Source: Scyliorhinus canicula | Lineage: Eukaryota | DNA length: 64,000 bases | Direction: 5' to 3' | Assembly (NCBI RefSeq): GCF_902713615.1 | Contig: NC_052151.1 | Span: 33,220,429-33,284,428, forward strand | In this document: in pieces, positions 49,142 to 61,964 of the stretch | Numbering within the stretch: position 1 is the stretch's first letter | Layout of the letters: each line of letters begins with the position of its first letter | Program-made: the position numbers and the translations under genes | Notes under the pieces: generated by a model | The model's input: the letters and a program-made list of their open reading frames with translations, nothing else | Told to the model about the DNA's origin: nothing | Database searches by the model: none

Positions 49142-52100
49142 TTTGCTTGTTAAACAGCAGAAAACTCGACAGGTGATGGAAGCAGAGGGTTCAAGTGGTG
49201 GGGGACATGTGAGTGGGTGGGGGAGGGGGTTGATGTCCAATTCCTGGGAAATTAACTTGTTAGCTTTACTGTTTCCCTTTCTTGTCACTGTAGCCTGGAT
49301 TTTCTGGAATGTTGGAACATAAATAAAGCGTAATAATATTTGTTGGGCCAACATAGCCTGACAAAACCAATTGGAATGATGCCCCCCCCCCCCCCCCCCC
49401 CCCCCGCATCTTGGTTATTTTACTCTGTGATCCCTGAGAAAAATCCAAGAAAAGGATAAGATTTACCATGCAGTTCAGTCTTTGGTGTATGTCTCTGTTT
49501 ACTAACAGTCCGCCTCGGTTCCCCTGTGCAATGTCGGAGCTCGGTTTATAAATTGCTCTTGAATGTTGGTTGAACACATGCCAGTTTGACAAGAATAACT
49601 TGGACATTATTTCCCACCATCGCTGCGAGATCACAGAAGAGAATCCCGCCACTTTAGCGCAGAATAAAGTGTAGTCGTTAGGCTATAATAACAGGGCCAC
49701 ATCAGTTCTTTACGTTCAAAGAGTGATGTGAGAACCACACGTAGCTACTGGAGCTACGATTGAAGAGGGAATCACATAAGCACTCGAAAGCGGAAAACCT
49801 GAAAGGAGGCAGGGAAATGGGCCAGATGCTTCCGACCCTGCTGATATTTCCCAGATTAAATCAGATCGCTCTGATTTGGAGCTCTCAATAGTGCCCACGG
49901 GACAGACACTTGCTTCTGCGCAAGGTTTTCGCCGATTCTACCACATACCTCGAGATAACACTCCTATCAGCAAGACAAGGTCAAAGGATGCTGCTCAATC
50001 CCTCACTGAGAACTTCCATTCCAAACATTGCACTTTTGCTGAAGGCAAGATTTGAGTTTGTTTTCACTCTCCCACTGCCCGGTGGCCACTTTAACTGCCC
50101 AGTGGCCACTTTCACTGCCCGGTGGCCACTTTCACTGCCCGGTGGCCACTCTCACTGCCCGGTCGCCACTCGTAGTGTCCGGTCGCCACTCGCACTGCCC
50201 GGTGGCCACTCTCACTGCCCGGTGGCCACTCCCACTGCCCGGTGGCCATTCCCACTGCCCGGTGGCCACTCTCACTGCCCGGTGGCCACTCCACTGTCCG
50301 GTGGCCACTCTCAATATACAGTGGCCACTCCCACTGCCCGGTGGCCACTCTCACTACCCAGTGGCCACGCCCGCTGCCCGGTGGCCACTCTCACTACCCA
50401 GTCGCCACTCCCACTGCCCGGTGGCCACTTTCACCGCCCGGTGGCTCCTCCCACTGCCCGGTGACCACTCTCACTGCCCAGTGGTCACTCTCACTGCCCG
50501 GTGGCCACTCTCACTGCCCGGTGGCCGCTCTCACTGCCCGGTGGCCACTCTCACTGCCCGTTGGCCACTCTCACTGCCCGGTGGCTACCCTCACTGCCCG
50601 GTGGCCACCCTCACTGCCCGGTGGCTACTCCCACTGCCCCAGTGGCCACTCCCACTGACCAATGGCCACTTTCATTGCCGGGATGCCACTCCCACTGCCC
50701 GGTGGCCACTTTCACTGCCCGGTGGCCACTCCCACTTCCCGGTGACCGATCCCAGTGCCCGGTGGCCACTCTCACTGCCCGGTGGCCACTCTCACTGCCC
50801 GGTGGCCACTCTCACTGCCCGGTGGCCACTCCCACTGCCCGGTGGCCACTCTCACTGCCCGGTGGCTACTCTCACTGCCCGGTGGCCACTCCCACTGCCC
50901 GGTGGCCACTCCCACTGCCCGGTGGCCACTCTCACTGCCCGGTGGCCTCTCCCACTGCCCGGTGGCCACTCCCACTGCCCGGTGGCCACTCCCACAGCCA
51001 GGTGACCGATCCCAGTGCCCGGTGGCCACTCTCACTGCCCGGTGGCCACTCTCACTGCCCGGTGGCCACTCTCACAGCACGGTGGCCACTCTCACAGCCC
51101 GGTGGCCACTCTCACTGCCCGGTGGCCACTCTCACTGCCCGGTGGCCACTCTCACTGCCCGGTGGCCACTCTCACTGCCCGGTGGCCACTCTCACTGTAG
51201 GGTGGCCACTCCCACTGTCCGGTGGCCACTCCCACTGCCCGGTGGCCACTCTCACTGCCCGGTGGCCACTCTCACTGCCCGGTGGCCACTCCCACTGCCC
51301 GGTGGCCACTCTCACAGCCCGTTGGCCACTCTCACTGCCCGGTGGCTACCCTCACTGCCCGGTGGCCACCCTCACTGCCCGGTGGCCACCCTCACTGCCC
51401 GGTGGCTACTCCCACTGCCCCAGTGGCCACTCCCACTGACCAATGGCCACTTTCATTGCCGGGATGCCACTCCCACTGCCCGGTGGCCACTTTCACTGCC
51501 CGGTGGCCACTCCCACTTCCCGGTGACCGATCCCAGTGCCCGGTGGACACTCTCACTGCCCGGTGGCCACTCTCACTGCCCGGTGGCCACTCCCACTGCC
51601 CGGTGGCCACTCTCACTGCCCGGTGGCCACTCTCACTGCCCGGTGGCCACTCCCACTGCCCGCTGGCCACTCCCACTGCCCGGTGGCCACTCTCACTGCC
51701 CGGTGGCCTCTCCCACTGCCCGGTGGCCACTCCCACTGCCCGGTGGCCACTCCCACAGCCCGGTGGCCACTCTCACTGCACGGTGGCCACTCTCACAGCC
51801 CGGTGGCCACTCTCACTGCCTGGTGGCCACTCTCACTGCAGGGTGGCCACTCCCACTGTCCGGTGGCCACTCTCACTGCCCGGTGGCCACTCTCACTGCC
51901 CGGTGGCCACTCTCACTGCCCGGTGGCCACTCTCACTGCCCGGTGGCCACTCTCACTGCCCGGTGGCCACCCTCACTGCCCCAGTGGCCACTCCCACTTC
52001 CCGGTGACCGATCCCAGTGCCCGGTGGCCACTCTCACTGCCCGGTGGCCACTCCCACTGCCCGGTGGCCACTCCCACTGCCCGGTGGCCACTCTCACTGC

Positions 52101-54987
52101 CCGGTGGCCACTCTCACTGCCCGGTGGCCACTCTCACTGCCCGGTGGCCACTCTCACTGCCCGGTGGCCACTCCCACTGCCCGGTGGCCACTCTCACTGC
52201 CCGGTGGCCACCCTCACTGCCCGGTGGCTACTCCCACTGCCCCAGTGGCCACTCCCACTGACCAATGGCCACTTTCATTGCCGGGTTGCCACTCCCACTG
52301 ACCGGTGGCCACTTTCACTGCCTGGTGGCCACTCCCACTTCCCGGTGACCGATCCCAGTGCCCGGTGGACGCTCAAACTGCCCGGTGGCCACTCTCACTG
52401 CCCGGTGGCCACTCCCACTGACCGGTGGCCACTCTTACTGCCCGGTGGCCACTCTCACTGCCCGGTGGCCACTCCCACAGCCTGGTGGCCACTCTCACTG
52501 CCCGGTGGCCACTCTCACTGCCCGGTGGCCACTCTCACTGCCCGGTGGCCACTCCCACTGACCGGTGGCCACTCTTACTGCCCGGTGGCCACTCTCACTG
52601 CCCGGTGGCCACTCTAACAGCCCGGTGGCCACTCTAACAGCCCGGTGGCCACTCCCACTGCCCGGTGGCCACTCCCACTGCCCGGTGGCCACTCCCACTG
52701 CCCGGTGGCCACTCCCACTGCCCAGTGGCCACTTTCACTGCCCAGTGGCCACTCTCACTGCCCGATGACCATTCTCACTGCCTGGTGGCCAATTTCACTG
52801 CCCTGTGGCCACTCCCACTGCCCAGTGGCCACTTTCACTGCCCAGTGGCCACTCCCACTGCCCAGTGGCCACTATCACTGCCCGATGACCACTCACACTG
52901 CCTGGTGGCCACTTTCACTGCCCAGTGGCCACTCCCACTGCCTGGAAGCCACTCAAACTGCCCGGTGGCCACTCCCACTGCCCGGTGGCCACTCCCACTG
53001 CCCGGTGGCCACTCCCACTGCCCGGTGGCCACTCTCACTGCCTGGAGGCCACTCTCACTGCCCAGTGGCCACACTCACTGCCCGGTGGCCACTTTCACTG
53101 CCCGGTGGCCACTCCCACTTCCCGGTGACCGATCCCAGTGCCTGGTGGCCTCTTTTACTGCCCCGTGGCCACTCCCAATGCCCGGTGGCCACTCCCACTG
53201 CTCGGTGGCTACTCTGACTGCCCGGTGCCACTCTCACTGCCCAGTGGCCACTTTCACTGCCTGGTGGCCACTCCGACTGCCCGGTGGTCACTCTCACTGC
53301 TCGGTGCTCACTCTCAATGCCCAGTGGCCACTCTCACTGCCCAGTGGCCACTCCGACTGCCCGGTGGTCACTCTCACTGCGCGGTGCTCACTCTCACTGC
53401 CCGGTGGCCACTCCGACTGCCCGGTGCTCACTCTCACTGCCCGGTGGCCACTCTCACTGCCCGGTGGCCACTCTCACTGCCCAGTGGCCACTCTCACTGC
53501 CCGGTGACCACTCTCACTGCCTGGAGGCCACTCTCACTACCCGTTGGCCACTCACACTGCCCGGTGGCCACTCTCACTGCCCGGTGGCCACTCTCACTGC
53601 CCGGTGGCCACTCCCACTGCCCGGTGGCCACTCCCACTGCCCGGTGGCCACTCCCACTGCCCGGTGGCCACTTTCACTGCCCGGTGGCCACTCTCAATGC
53701 CCGGTGGCCACTCCCACTGTTCGGTGGCCACTCTCACTTCCCGAAGGCCACTCTCACTTCCCGATGGCCACATTTACTGTCCGGTGGCCACTTTCACTGC
53801 CCAGTGGCCACTCTCAATGCCTGCTGACCAGTCTCACTGCCCGGTGGCCACTCTCACTGCCTGGTGGCCACTCTCACTGCCCGGTGGCCACTCCCACTGC
53901 CTGGTGGCCACTCTCACTGCCCGCTGGCCACTCTCACTGCCCGCTGGCCACTCCCACTGCCTGGAGGCCACTCTCACTGCCCGGTGGCCACTCTCACTGC
54001 CCAGTCGCCACTCCCACAGCCTGGTGGCCACTCCCACTGCCTGGAGGCCATTCTCACTGCCCGGTGGCCACTCTCACTGCTCGGTGGTCACTCTCACTGC
54101 CCAGTGGCCACTCTCCCTGCTCGGTGGCCACTCCGGCTGCCCGGTGGTCACTCTCACTGCCCAGTGCCCACTCTCACTGCCTGGTGGTCACTCTCACTTC
54201 TCGGTGGTCACTCTCAATGCCCGGTGGCCACTCTCACTGCCCGGTGGCCACTCTCACTGTCTGGTGGTCACTCTCACTGCTCGGTGGTCACTCTCACTGC
54301 TCGGTGGTCACTCTCACTGCCCAGTCGCCACTCCCACAGCCTGGTGGTCACTCTCACTGCTCGGTGGTCACTCTCACTGCCCCGTAGCCACACACACTGC
54401 CCAGTGGCCACTCTCCCTGCTCGGTGGCCACTCCGGCTGCCCGGTGGTCACTCTCACTGCCCAGTGCCCACTCTCACTGCCTGGTGGCCACTCCGGCTGC
54501 CCGGTGGCCACTCTCACTGCCCAGTGGCCACTTTCACTGCCTGGTGGTCACTCTCACTGCCCAGTGGCCACTCTCACTGCTCGGTGGCCACTCTGACTGC
54601 CCGGTGCCACTCTCAATGCCCGGTGGCCACTCTCACTGCCCGGTGGCCACTCTCACTGTCTGGTGGCCACTCCGACTGCCCGGTGCCACTCTTACTACCC
54701 AGTGGCCACTCTCACTGCCCAGTGGCCACTCTCACTGCCGGTTGACCACTCTCACTGCCCAGTGGCCACTCCACTGTCCGGTGGCCACTCTCACTGCCCG
54801 TTGGCCACTCTCACTGCCCGGTGGCCACTCTCACTGCCCGGTGGCCACTCTCACTTCCCGGTAGCCACTCTCACTTCCCGGTAGCCACTCTCTCTGCCCG
54901 ATGGCCACATTTACTGCCCGGTGGCCACTCTCACTGCCCAGTGGCCACTCTCACTGCCCGGTGGCCACTCTCACTTCCCGGTGGCCA

Positions 54988-55170
54988 GGGTTTAGCACAC
55001 TGGGCTAAATTGCTGGCTTTTAAAGCAGACCAAGGTAGGCCAGCAACACGGTTCAATTCCCGTATCAGCCTCCCCGAACAGGCGCCGGAATGTGGCGACT
55101 AGGGGCTTTTCACAGTAACTTAATTTGAAGCCTACTTGTGACAACAATTTTCTTCTTTCTTCTTCTTCTT
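54988..55170 (+). mobile_element. SINE (tRNA-Ile-like head, Rex-type tail) inserted in the satellite
   Basis: Homologous to 22356-22550; (TTC)n end. Confidence 0.88.
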
Positions 55171-55760
55171 CACTGCCCAGTGGCCACTCCCACTGCCCGG
55201 TGGCCACTCCCACTGCCCGGTGGCCACTCCCACTGCCCGTTGGCCACTCCCACTGCCCGGTGGCCACTCTCACTGCCCGGTGGCCACTCCCACTGCCTAG
55301 TGGCCACTTTCACTGCCCAGTGGCCACTTTCACTGCCCAGTGGCCACTCCCACTGCCCAGTGGCCACTCTCACTGCCCGATGACCATTCTCACTGCCTGG
55401 TGGCCACTTTCACTGCCCAGTGGCCACTTCCACTGCCTGGAAGCCACTCACAGTGCCCGGTGGCCACTCTCACTGCCTGGTGACCAGTCTCACTGTATGG
55501 TGGCCACTCTCACTGCCTGTTGACCAGTCTCACTGTCCGGTGGCCACTCTCACTGCCCGGTGAGCACTCTAACTCCCCGGTGGCCACTCTCACTGCTCGG
55601 TGGCCACTCTCACTGCCTGATGGCCATACCCACTGCCCAGTGGCCACTCACACTGCCCAATGGCCACTCACACTGCCCAGTGGCAACTCATATTGCCCAG
55701 TGGCCACTCCCACTGCCCAGTAGCCATTCTCACTGCCCAGTGGCCACTCCCACTGCCCAG

Positions 55761-55875
55761 AGGAAACCCACACAGACACGGGGAGAACGTGCAGACAGTG
55801 ACCCAGCGGGGAATTGTACCTGGGACCCTGATGTTGTGAAGCCACAGTGCTAGCCACTTGTGCTACCGTGCTTCC
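55761..55875 (-). mobile_element. V-SINE 5' fragment inside the satellite
   Basis: AGGAAACCCACACAGACACGGGGAGAACGTGCAGAC...TGTGCTACCGTGC. Confidence 0.8.
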
Positions 55876-56248
55876 CGGTGGCCACTCACACTGCCCGGTG
55901 GTCACACTCACTATCCAGAGGCCACTCTCACTGTCCAGGCAGTGTTTTGGCAGAGGCCATGCCTCTGGGGGTTTTGAGGATTTGGTCCATTTAGTACTGG
56001 ATGGATTTGGATTGGGTGGCGATCACTACCTGGCAGTGAAGGTGAAAATTAACACTTTAAGGTTCCGGAATAAATTAAAGTGACCCCCTCAGCCACAATA
56101 GTGAGTTACAATTACCCCGCTCATCTCCATAATCAGCTACAAATACTACCTCCCCACCAGCCTCCGTAATGAGTTAAAATTACCCCCCCATCCCCGAGAA
56201 TGAGTTACATTTACCTCCTCAGCCTCTATAATGTTGCAATTATCCCCT

Positions 56249-56789
56249 CATAGAATTATAGAATTTACTGTGCAGAAGGAGGCCATTCGGCCCATCGAGT
56301 CTGCACTGGCTCTTGGAAAGAGCACCCTACCCAAGGTCAACACCTCCACCCCATCTCCATAACCCAGCAGCCCCACCCAACACTAAGGGCAATTTTGAAC
56401 ACTAAGGGCAATTTATCATGGCCAATCCACCCAACCTGCACATCTTTGGACTGTGGGAGGAAACCGGAGCACCCGGAGGAAACCCACGCACACAACGGGG
56501 AGGATGTGCAGACTCTGCACAGACAGTGACCCAAGCCAGAATCGAACCTGGGACCCTGGAGCTGTGAAGCGATTGAAAATGAAAAATGAAAATTGCTTAT
56601 TGTCAAGAGTAGGCTTCAATGAAGTTACTGTGAAAAGCCCCTAGTCGCCACATTCCGGCGCCTGTTCGGGGAGGCTGGTACGGGAATCGAACCGTGCTGC
56701 TGGCCTGCTTGGTCTGCTTTAAAAGCCAGCGATTTGGCTGAGTGAGCTAAACCAGCCCCTTGTGCTATCCACAATGCTACCGTGCTGCC
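56249..56789 (-). mobile_element. V-SINE (tail type B) containing a nested SINE
   Basis: Head is split at 56575/56760; otherwise nearly identical to 36058-36402. Confidence 0.9.
56575..56759 (-). mobile_element. Young SINE (tRNA-Ile-like head, Rex-type tail) nested in a V-SINE head
   Basis: Nearly identical to 22356-22550. Confidence 0.9.
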
Positions 56790-59269
56790 CCCTCAGCCTC
56801 TATATTGTTACAATGACACCCTCAGCCTCTATAATGTGACAATTACCCCTCTCAACCACTATAATGAGTATCAATTAACCCCTCAGCCTCTATAATGTTA
56901 CAATTGCCCCTCTCAACCTCTATAATGTTACAATTACCCCCTCAGCCTCTATAATGTTACAATTACCCCCCTCAGCCTCTATAATGTTACAATTACCCCC
57001 TCAGCCTCTATAATGTTACGATTACCCCCCTCAGCCTCTATAATGTTACAATTACCCCCTCAGCCTCTATAATGTTACATTTACCCCCTCAGCATCTATA
57101 ATGTTACAATTACCCCCTCAGCCTCTATAATGTTACAATTACCCCCTCAGCCTCTATAATGTTACATTTACCCTCCCTCAGCCTCTATAATGAGTAACAA
57201 TTACCCCCTCAGCCTCTATAATGTTACAATTACCCCCATAGCCTCTATAATGTTACAATTACCCCCTCAGCCTCTATGTTACAATTGCCCCTCTCAACCT
57301 CTATAATGTTACAATTGCCCCCATAGCCTCCATAATGTTACAATTACCCCCCTCAGCCTCTATAATGTTACAATTACCCCCTCAGCCTCTATAATGTTAC
57401 AATTGCCCCCTCAGCCTCTATAATGTTACAATTACCCCCCTCAGCCTCTATAATGTTACAATTACCCCCTCAGCCTCTATAATGTTACAATTGTCCCTCT
57501 CAACCTCTATAATGTTACAATTACCCTCTCAGCCTCTATAATGTTACAATTATCCCTCTGAGCCTCTATAATGTTACAATTACCCCTCAGCCTCTATAAT
57601 GTTACAATTACCCCTCTGAGCCTCTATAATGTTACAATTATCCCCTCAGCCTCTATAATGTTACATTTACCCTCTCTCAGCCTCTATAATGAGTTACAAT
57701 TACCCACTCAACCTCTATAATGTTACAATTACCCCTCAGCCTCTATAATGAGTTACAATTACCCCCTCAGCCTCTATAATGTTGCAATTACCCCCCTCAG
57801 CCTCTATAATGTTACAATTATCCCCCTCAGCCTTTATAATGTTACAATTACCCCCTCAGCCTCTATAATGTTACAATTACCCCCTCAGCATCTATAATGT
57901 TACAATTACCCCCCTCAGCCTTTATAATGTTACAATTGCCCCCATAGCCTCTATAATGTTACAATTACCCCCCCCCCCCAGCCTCTATAATGTTACAATT
58001 ACCCCCTCAGCCTCTATAATGTTACAATTGTCCCTCTCAACCTCTATAATGTTACAATTACCCTCTGAGCCTCTATAATGTTACAATTATCCCTCTGAGC
58101 CTCTATAATGTTACAATTACCCCTCAGCCTCCATAATGTTACAATTATCCCCTCTGAGCCTCTATAATGAGTTACAATTACCCTCTCTCAGCCTCTATAA
58201 TGTTACAATTACCCCTCTGAGCCTCTATAATGAGTTACAATTACCCACTCAACCTCTATAATGTTACAATTATCCCTCAGCCTCTATAATGAGTTACAAT
58301 TACCCCCTCAGCCTCTATAATGTTGCAATTACCCCCCTCAGCCTCTATAATGTTACAATTATCCCTCTGAGCCTCTATAATGTTACAATTATCCCCTCAG
58401 CCTCTATAATGTTACAATTACCCCTCTGAGCCTCTATAATGAGTTACAATTACCCACTCAACCTCTATAATGTTACAATTATCCCTCAGCCTCTATAATG
58501 AGTTACAATTACCCCCTCAGCCTCTATAATGTTACAATTGCCCCCATAGCCTCTATAATGTTACAATTACCCCCCTCAGCCTCTATAATGTTACAATTAC
58601 CCCCTCAGCCTCTATAATGTTACAATTACCCCCCTCAGCCTCTATAATGTTACAATTGCCCCTCTCAACCTCTATAATGTTACAATTGCCCCTCTCAGCC
58701 TCTATAATGAGTATCAATTAACCCCTCAGCCTCTATAATGTTACAATTGCCCCTCTCAACCTCTATAATGTTACAATTGCTCCTCTCAACCTCTATAATG
58801 TTACAATTGCCCCTCTCAACCTCTACGTTACAATTACCCCTCTCAGCCTCTATAATGAGTTACATTTACCCTCTCAGCCTCTATAATGTCACAATTACCC
58901 CTCTCAGCCTCTATAATGAGTTAAAATTACACCCCTTAGCTACTCTAAGATTAAAATTATCGCTTCACTCTCCATAAGCAACTAAAATTACCCATCCCAA
59001 CCTCTGTAAGAGTTGAAATTACCCCCTTATTCGCCATAAAGAGTTAAAATAGCCCCTTTCAAACCCCATGAATTAAAAGTATCATCTTGGCGTCCATAAT
59101 CATTTATAATTACCCCCTTAGCCTTCATAATGAGTTAAATTATCCCTCCAGCCTCCATAAAGTGTTGAATTACCTCTCCCATCCTCCGTAGTAAAGAGTT
59201 AAAATGCTGTTAGCATCAATGGCCAAAATATGCCGATCACCTTAAAGGATATCTCTGGCGCATGTTTTT

Positions 59270-59596
59270 AAAAAAAATTCATTCATGGGTTGTGGGTTTC
59301 GTTGGGTAGGTCAATATTTATTGCCCATCCCAGAGGGTATTTAAGAGTCAACCACATTGCTGTGGATCTGGAGTCTCACAAAGGCCAGACCAGGTAAGGA
59401 TGACAGATTAGATTCCTGATGGATCTTTCCAGCAATCAACAATAGTTACTACTGTATTGGACTTGCAATTCCAGATTTTTGTTGAAGTTGAATTTCACCA
59501 CCTACCGTGGTGGGACTTGAACCTGTGACCCCAGTGGATCACCCTGGGTGTCGGGGTGATTAGCTCAGTAACAACACCACTACGCCATTGCCTCCC
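59270..59596 (-). mobile_element. tRNA-derived SINE with CR1-like tail
   Basis: Homologous to 1525-2103 and 60182-60528. Confidence 0.75.
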
Positions 59597-60181
59597 TGCC
59601 CCACAAGCACACGACAAGTCGGCTTGCAGGATAGTTAACGCTGGCAATTTACCACTGACATGGGGAGAAAAAGGCATTTTATTACTCTGTAATTTACAGA
59701 CTGGAATTTACCCAGTGAAGCCGTGAGGTGCAAAGTGCTGTTTTACAATTGGTACCAGACAGCTCTATTGTCTCGCTGTTTCATCATTTTGTAAAAATAG
59801 GATTTGAATTACCTTCTAGTAGTAAACCTGCGCAATTCTGCATTGCCAAGGCAGTCGGTCGCCGTGGTTACATCAAACTGACGACTTCTACTTGTGGTTA
59901 GTATAATTTACACAAGATCCTGCCGGAGAATTTGATGGTTCCCTCATGTCAACAGGGGGAAAAGTTTGATGGGGTAACCAGTAGCCTGGAATGACAGGTG
60001 ACAAGAGCTGACCTCGGAACCAATGTTGGAACAACGAACAGAAATTTCAGCTGCTCCTTATTCTAGTTTCTTATAAGAAGATTCCGTGCCACTTATTAAA
60101 TCTGAGCTGGCAAAATGTTTGGAGCTGCCTCTCTCTTTCTCTGGTACTGTTCAGAACCACATAATCCCTGCTGCCGCTAGT

Positions 60182-60528
60182 GGAGTCAGTGCCGTAGTGG
60201 TATTGTCACTGGGCTCATAATGCAGAGACCCTGGGTAATTTCTGGGGCCCCTGGTTCAAACCCCATCAATGCTGATGGTGAAATTTTAATTTAATAAAAA
60301 TCTGGAATTACAAAATCTAATGATGACCATGAAACCATTGCTGATTGTTGTTAAAAACCCATCTGGTTCATTAATGCTCATAGGAAGGAAGGAAATCTGC
60401 TGTCCTTACCTGGTCTGGCCTACATGTGACTCCTCATGATCCACAGCAATGTGGTTGACTCTTACTGCCACTCAGCTCGAGGGCAATTATGGATGGGCAA
60501 CAAATGCTGCCCTTGCCAGCGATGCCCA
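60182..60528 (+). mobile_element. tRNA-derived SINE with CR1-like tail
   Basis: GTAGTGG...GGTTCAAACCC head; tail GGGCAACAAATGCTG..GCCAGCGATGCCCA matches the LINE end near 23300. Confidence 0.8.
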
Positions 60529-60536
60529 AATACTTG

Positions 60537-60737
60537 GGGTGGCATGGTAGCACAGTGGTTAGCTCTGCTGCTTCACCAGCACCTGGGTCCCAGGTTCGAT
60601 TCCCACTTGGGTCTCTATCTGTGCGGAGTCTGAACCTTCTCCCCGTGTCTGCGTGAGTTTCCTCTGGGTTTCTGAGTGTGACGACTAGACGATTTTCACA
60701 GTAACTTCAGCGCAGTGTTAATAATAAAGATTATTAA
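60537..60737 (+). mobile_element. Degenerate V-SINE with Rex-type tail
   Basis: Head, partial core and TTTTCACAGTAACTTCA. Confidence 0.7.
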
Positions 60738-60759
60738 TATTCTGAAAGAATTTTTAAAA

Positions 60760-61050
60760 TTGGTCCATCGTATCTGCTTGGTTCTCCAAATGAGCATCAT
60801 GGCTTAGCCTGTACTCCTGCACATTGTTTCTATTCAAATAATCATCTAATGCCCTCTTGAATGCCTCGAGTGAAGCTGCTATCACCACATCCCCAGGCAG
60901 TGCACTCCAGACCTCAAACATTTGCTGCGTGAAAATGTACTTTTTCTGTCAGTGGCTTCTTTCGCAAATCAATTTAAATTTATCCCTTCTTGTTTTTGAT
61001 CTTTTTATGAGGGAACAGTTTCTCCCTATCCACTCTGTCCAGCAATGAAC
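60760..61050 (-). mobile_element. Old CR1 fragment (left part of the host of the fold-back unit)
   Basis: AATGCCCTCTTGAATGCCTCG...CTATCCACTCTGTCC; continues at 63517. Confidence 0.65.
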
Positions 61051-61404
61051 TAAGACCATAAGATATAGAAGCAGAATTAGACTAATCGGCCCATCGAGTC
61101 TGCTCCGCCATTCAATCATGGCTGATATTTTCTCATCCCCATTCCCCTGGCTTCTGCCCATAACCCCTGAACCCCTTATTAATCAAGACCCTATCTATCT
61201 CTGCCTTAAAGACACTCAGTGATTTGGCCTCCATAGCCTTCTGCGGTAAAGAGTTCCACAGACTCACCACCCTCTGGCTGAAGAATCCTCTTCATCTCGG
61301 TTTTAAAGGATCGTCCCTCGAAGGGATCATCAAGGCGAACATCTCCCGCACTTCTTCGGATGGTGACGGGAGATCATTGGAAGACCAGGGCAGAATCTTA
61401 CCAA
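61051..61404 (-). repeat. Left arm of a ~355-bp inverted repeat (CR1 3' end 61051-61318, unique 61319-61387, TIR 61388-61404)
   Basis: Reverse complement of 63162-63516, about 90% identical by eye. Confidence 0.93.
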
Positions 61405-61930
61405 AGAAATGGTAAAATGTCAGTTCTGCAGCGAAAAACAGTGCAAATCCCACCGGCAGGGTCGGTGAGAATTCCCACGGAATATCGAGACTCAGAAACA
61501 AAAGATTTTTTTCTCCGTCAATCACGCCGTGCTAATTTGCTCGATTCAGGGAGACGTAATCACTGCAATCACTGGGGAGCCCCGTTTAAATGCCTCCCCA
61601 GCACATGCCTTAGATCCAATAGAGGGGATGCCATCCAGAAAGTCGGCTCCACAATTTTCAGAGGGAGCCCTGACCAGACTACTGGATGGAGCACAGCAGA
61701 GGTGGGACGTTCTGTACCCGCACTCCAGGGTGCGGCCCGCCAGCAAGGTGACCAGACGTACTTGGGCGTGCCATAGCGGCATTAGTTAGTGCCAGCTCAC
61801 TGCAGACGAGGACGGGGCAGCAGTACCCAAAGAGAGTGAACAACCTTCTTTGTGCAGCCAGAGCAGGTCATTGACCCCCAGTCTCTCAATGCAACCCCTC
61901 GCCCATCCCTCGCCCCTCCGAGATAATCTT
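61388..61930 (+). mobile_element. PIF/Harbinger transposon left end
   Basis: TIR GGGCAGAATCTTACC followed by a Myb/SANT-like coding remnant. Confidence 0.75.
61628..61868 (+). pseudogene. Harbinger Myb/SANT-like DNA-binding protein remnant (frameshifted)
   Basis: MPSRKSAPQFSEGALTRLLDGAQQRWDVLYP...RRTWA / AIAALVSASSLQTRTGQQYPKRVNNLLCAAR matches the NAIF1/MSANTD-type pattern; frameshift near 61768. Confidence 0.7.
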
Positions 61931-61964
61931 TCACCACCTCGTGGGTTGCCCACCTGTCACACTC

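Larger units (their letters stand above)
50065..55935. repeat. GC-rich 20-bp satellite/minisatellite, ~5.9 kb, roughly 275-280 units, with two SINE insertions
   Basis: Unit CT(C/T)(C/T)CACTGCCCGGTGGCCA. Confidence 0.98.
56040..59200. repeat. AT-rich 28-32-bp minisatellite; homogeneous core 56790-58930 (about 70 units) with degenerate flanks
   Basis: Unit CAGCCTCTATAATG(AG)TTACAATTACCCCCT. Confidence 0.96.

Noticed and set aside
49910-55911. Long His/Cys/Pro-rich ORFs (up to 620 aa) resembling metal-binding repeat proteins
   Set aside because: They are translations of a 20-bp unit lacking plus-strand stops; all three frames give the same peptide and 1-bp indels are tolerated.
50065-55935. 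CTCF-site array (minus strand TGGCCACCGGGCAGT)
   Set aside because: Only the flanks resemble the motif; the central AGG(G/T)GGC spacing is about 3 bp short.
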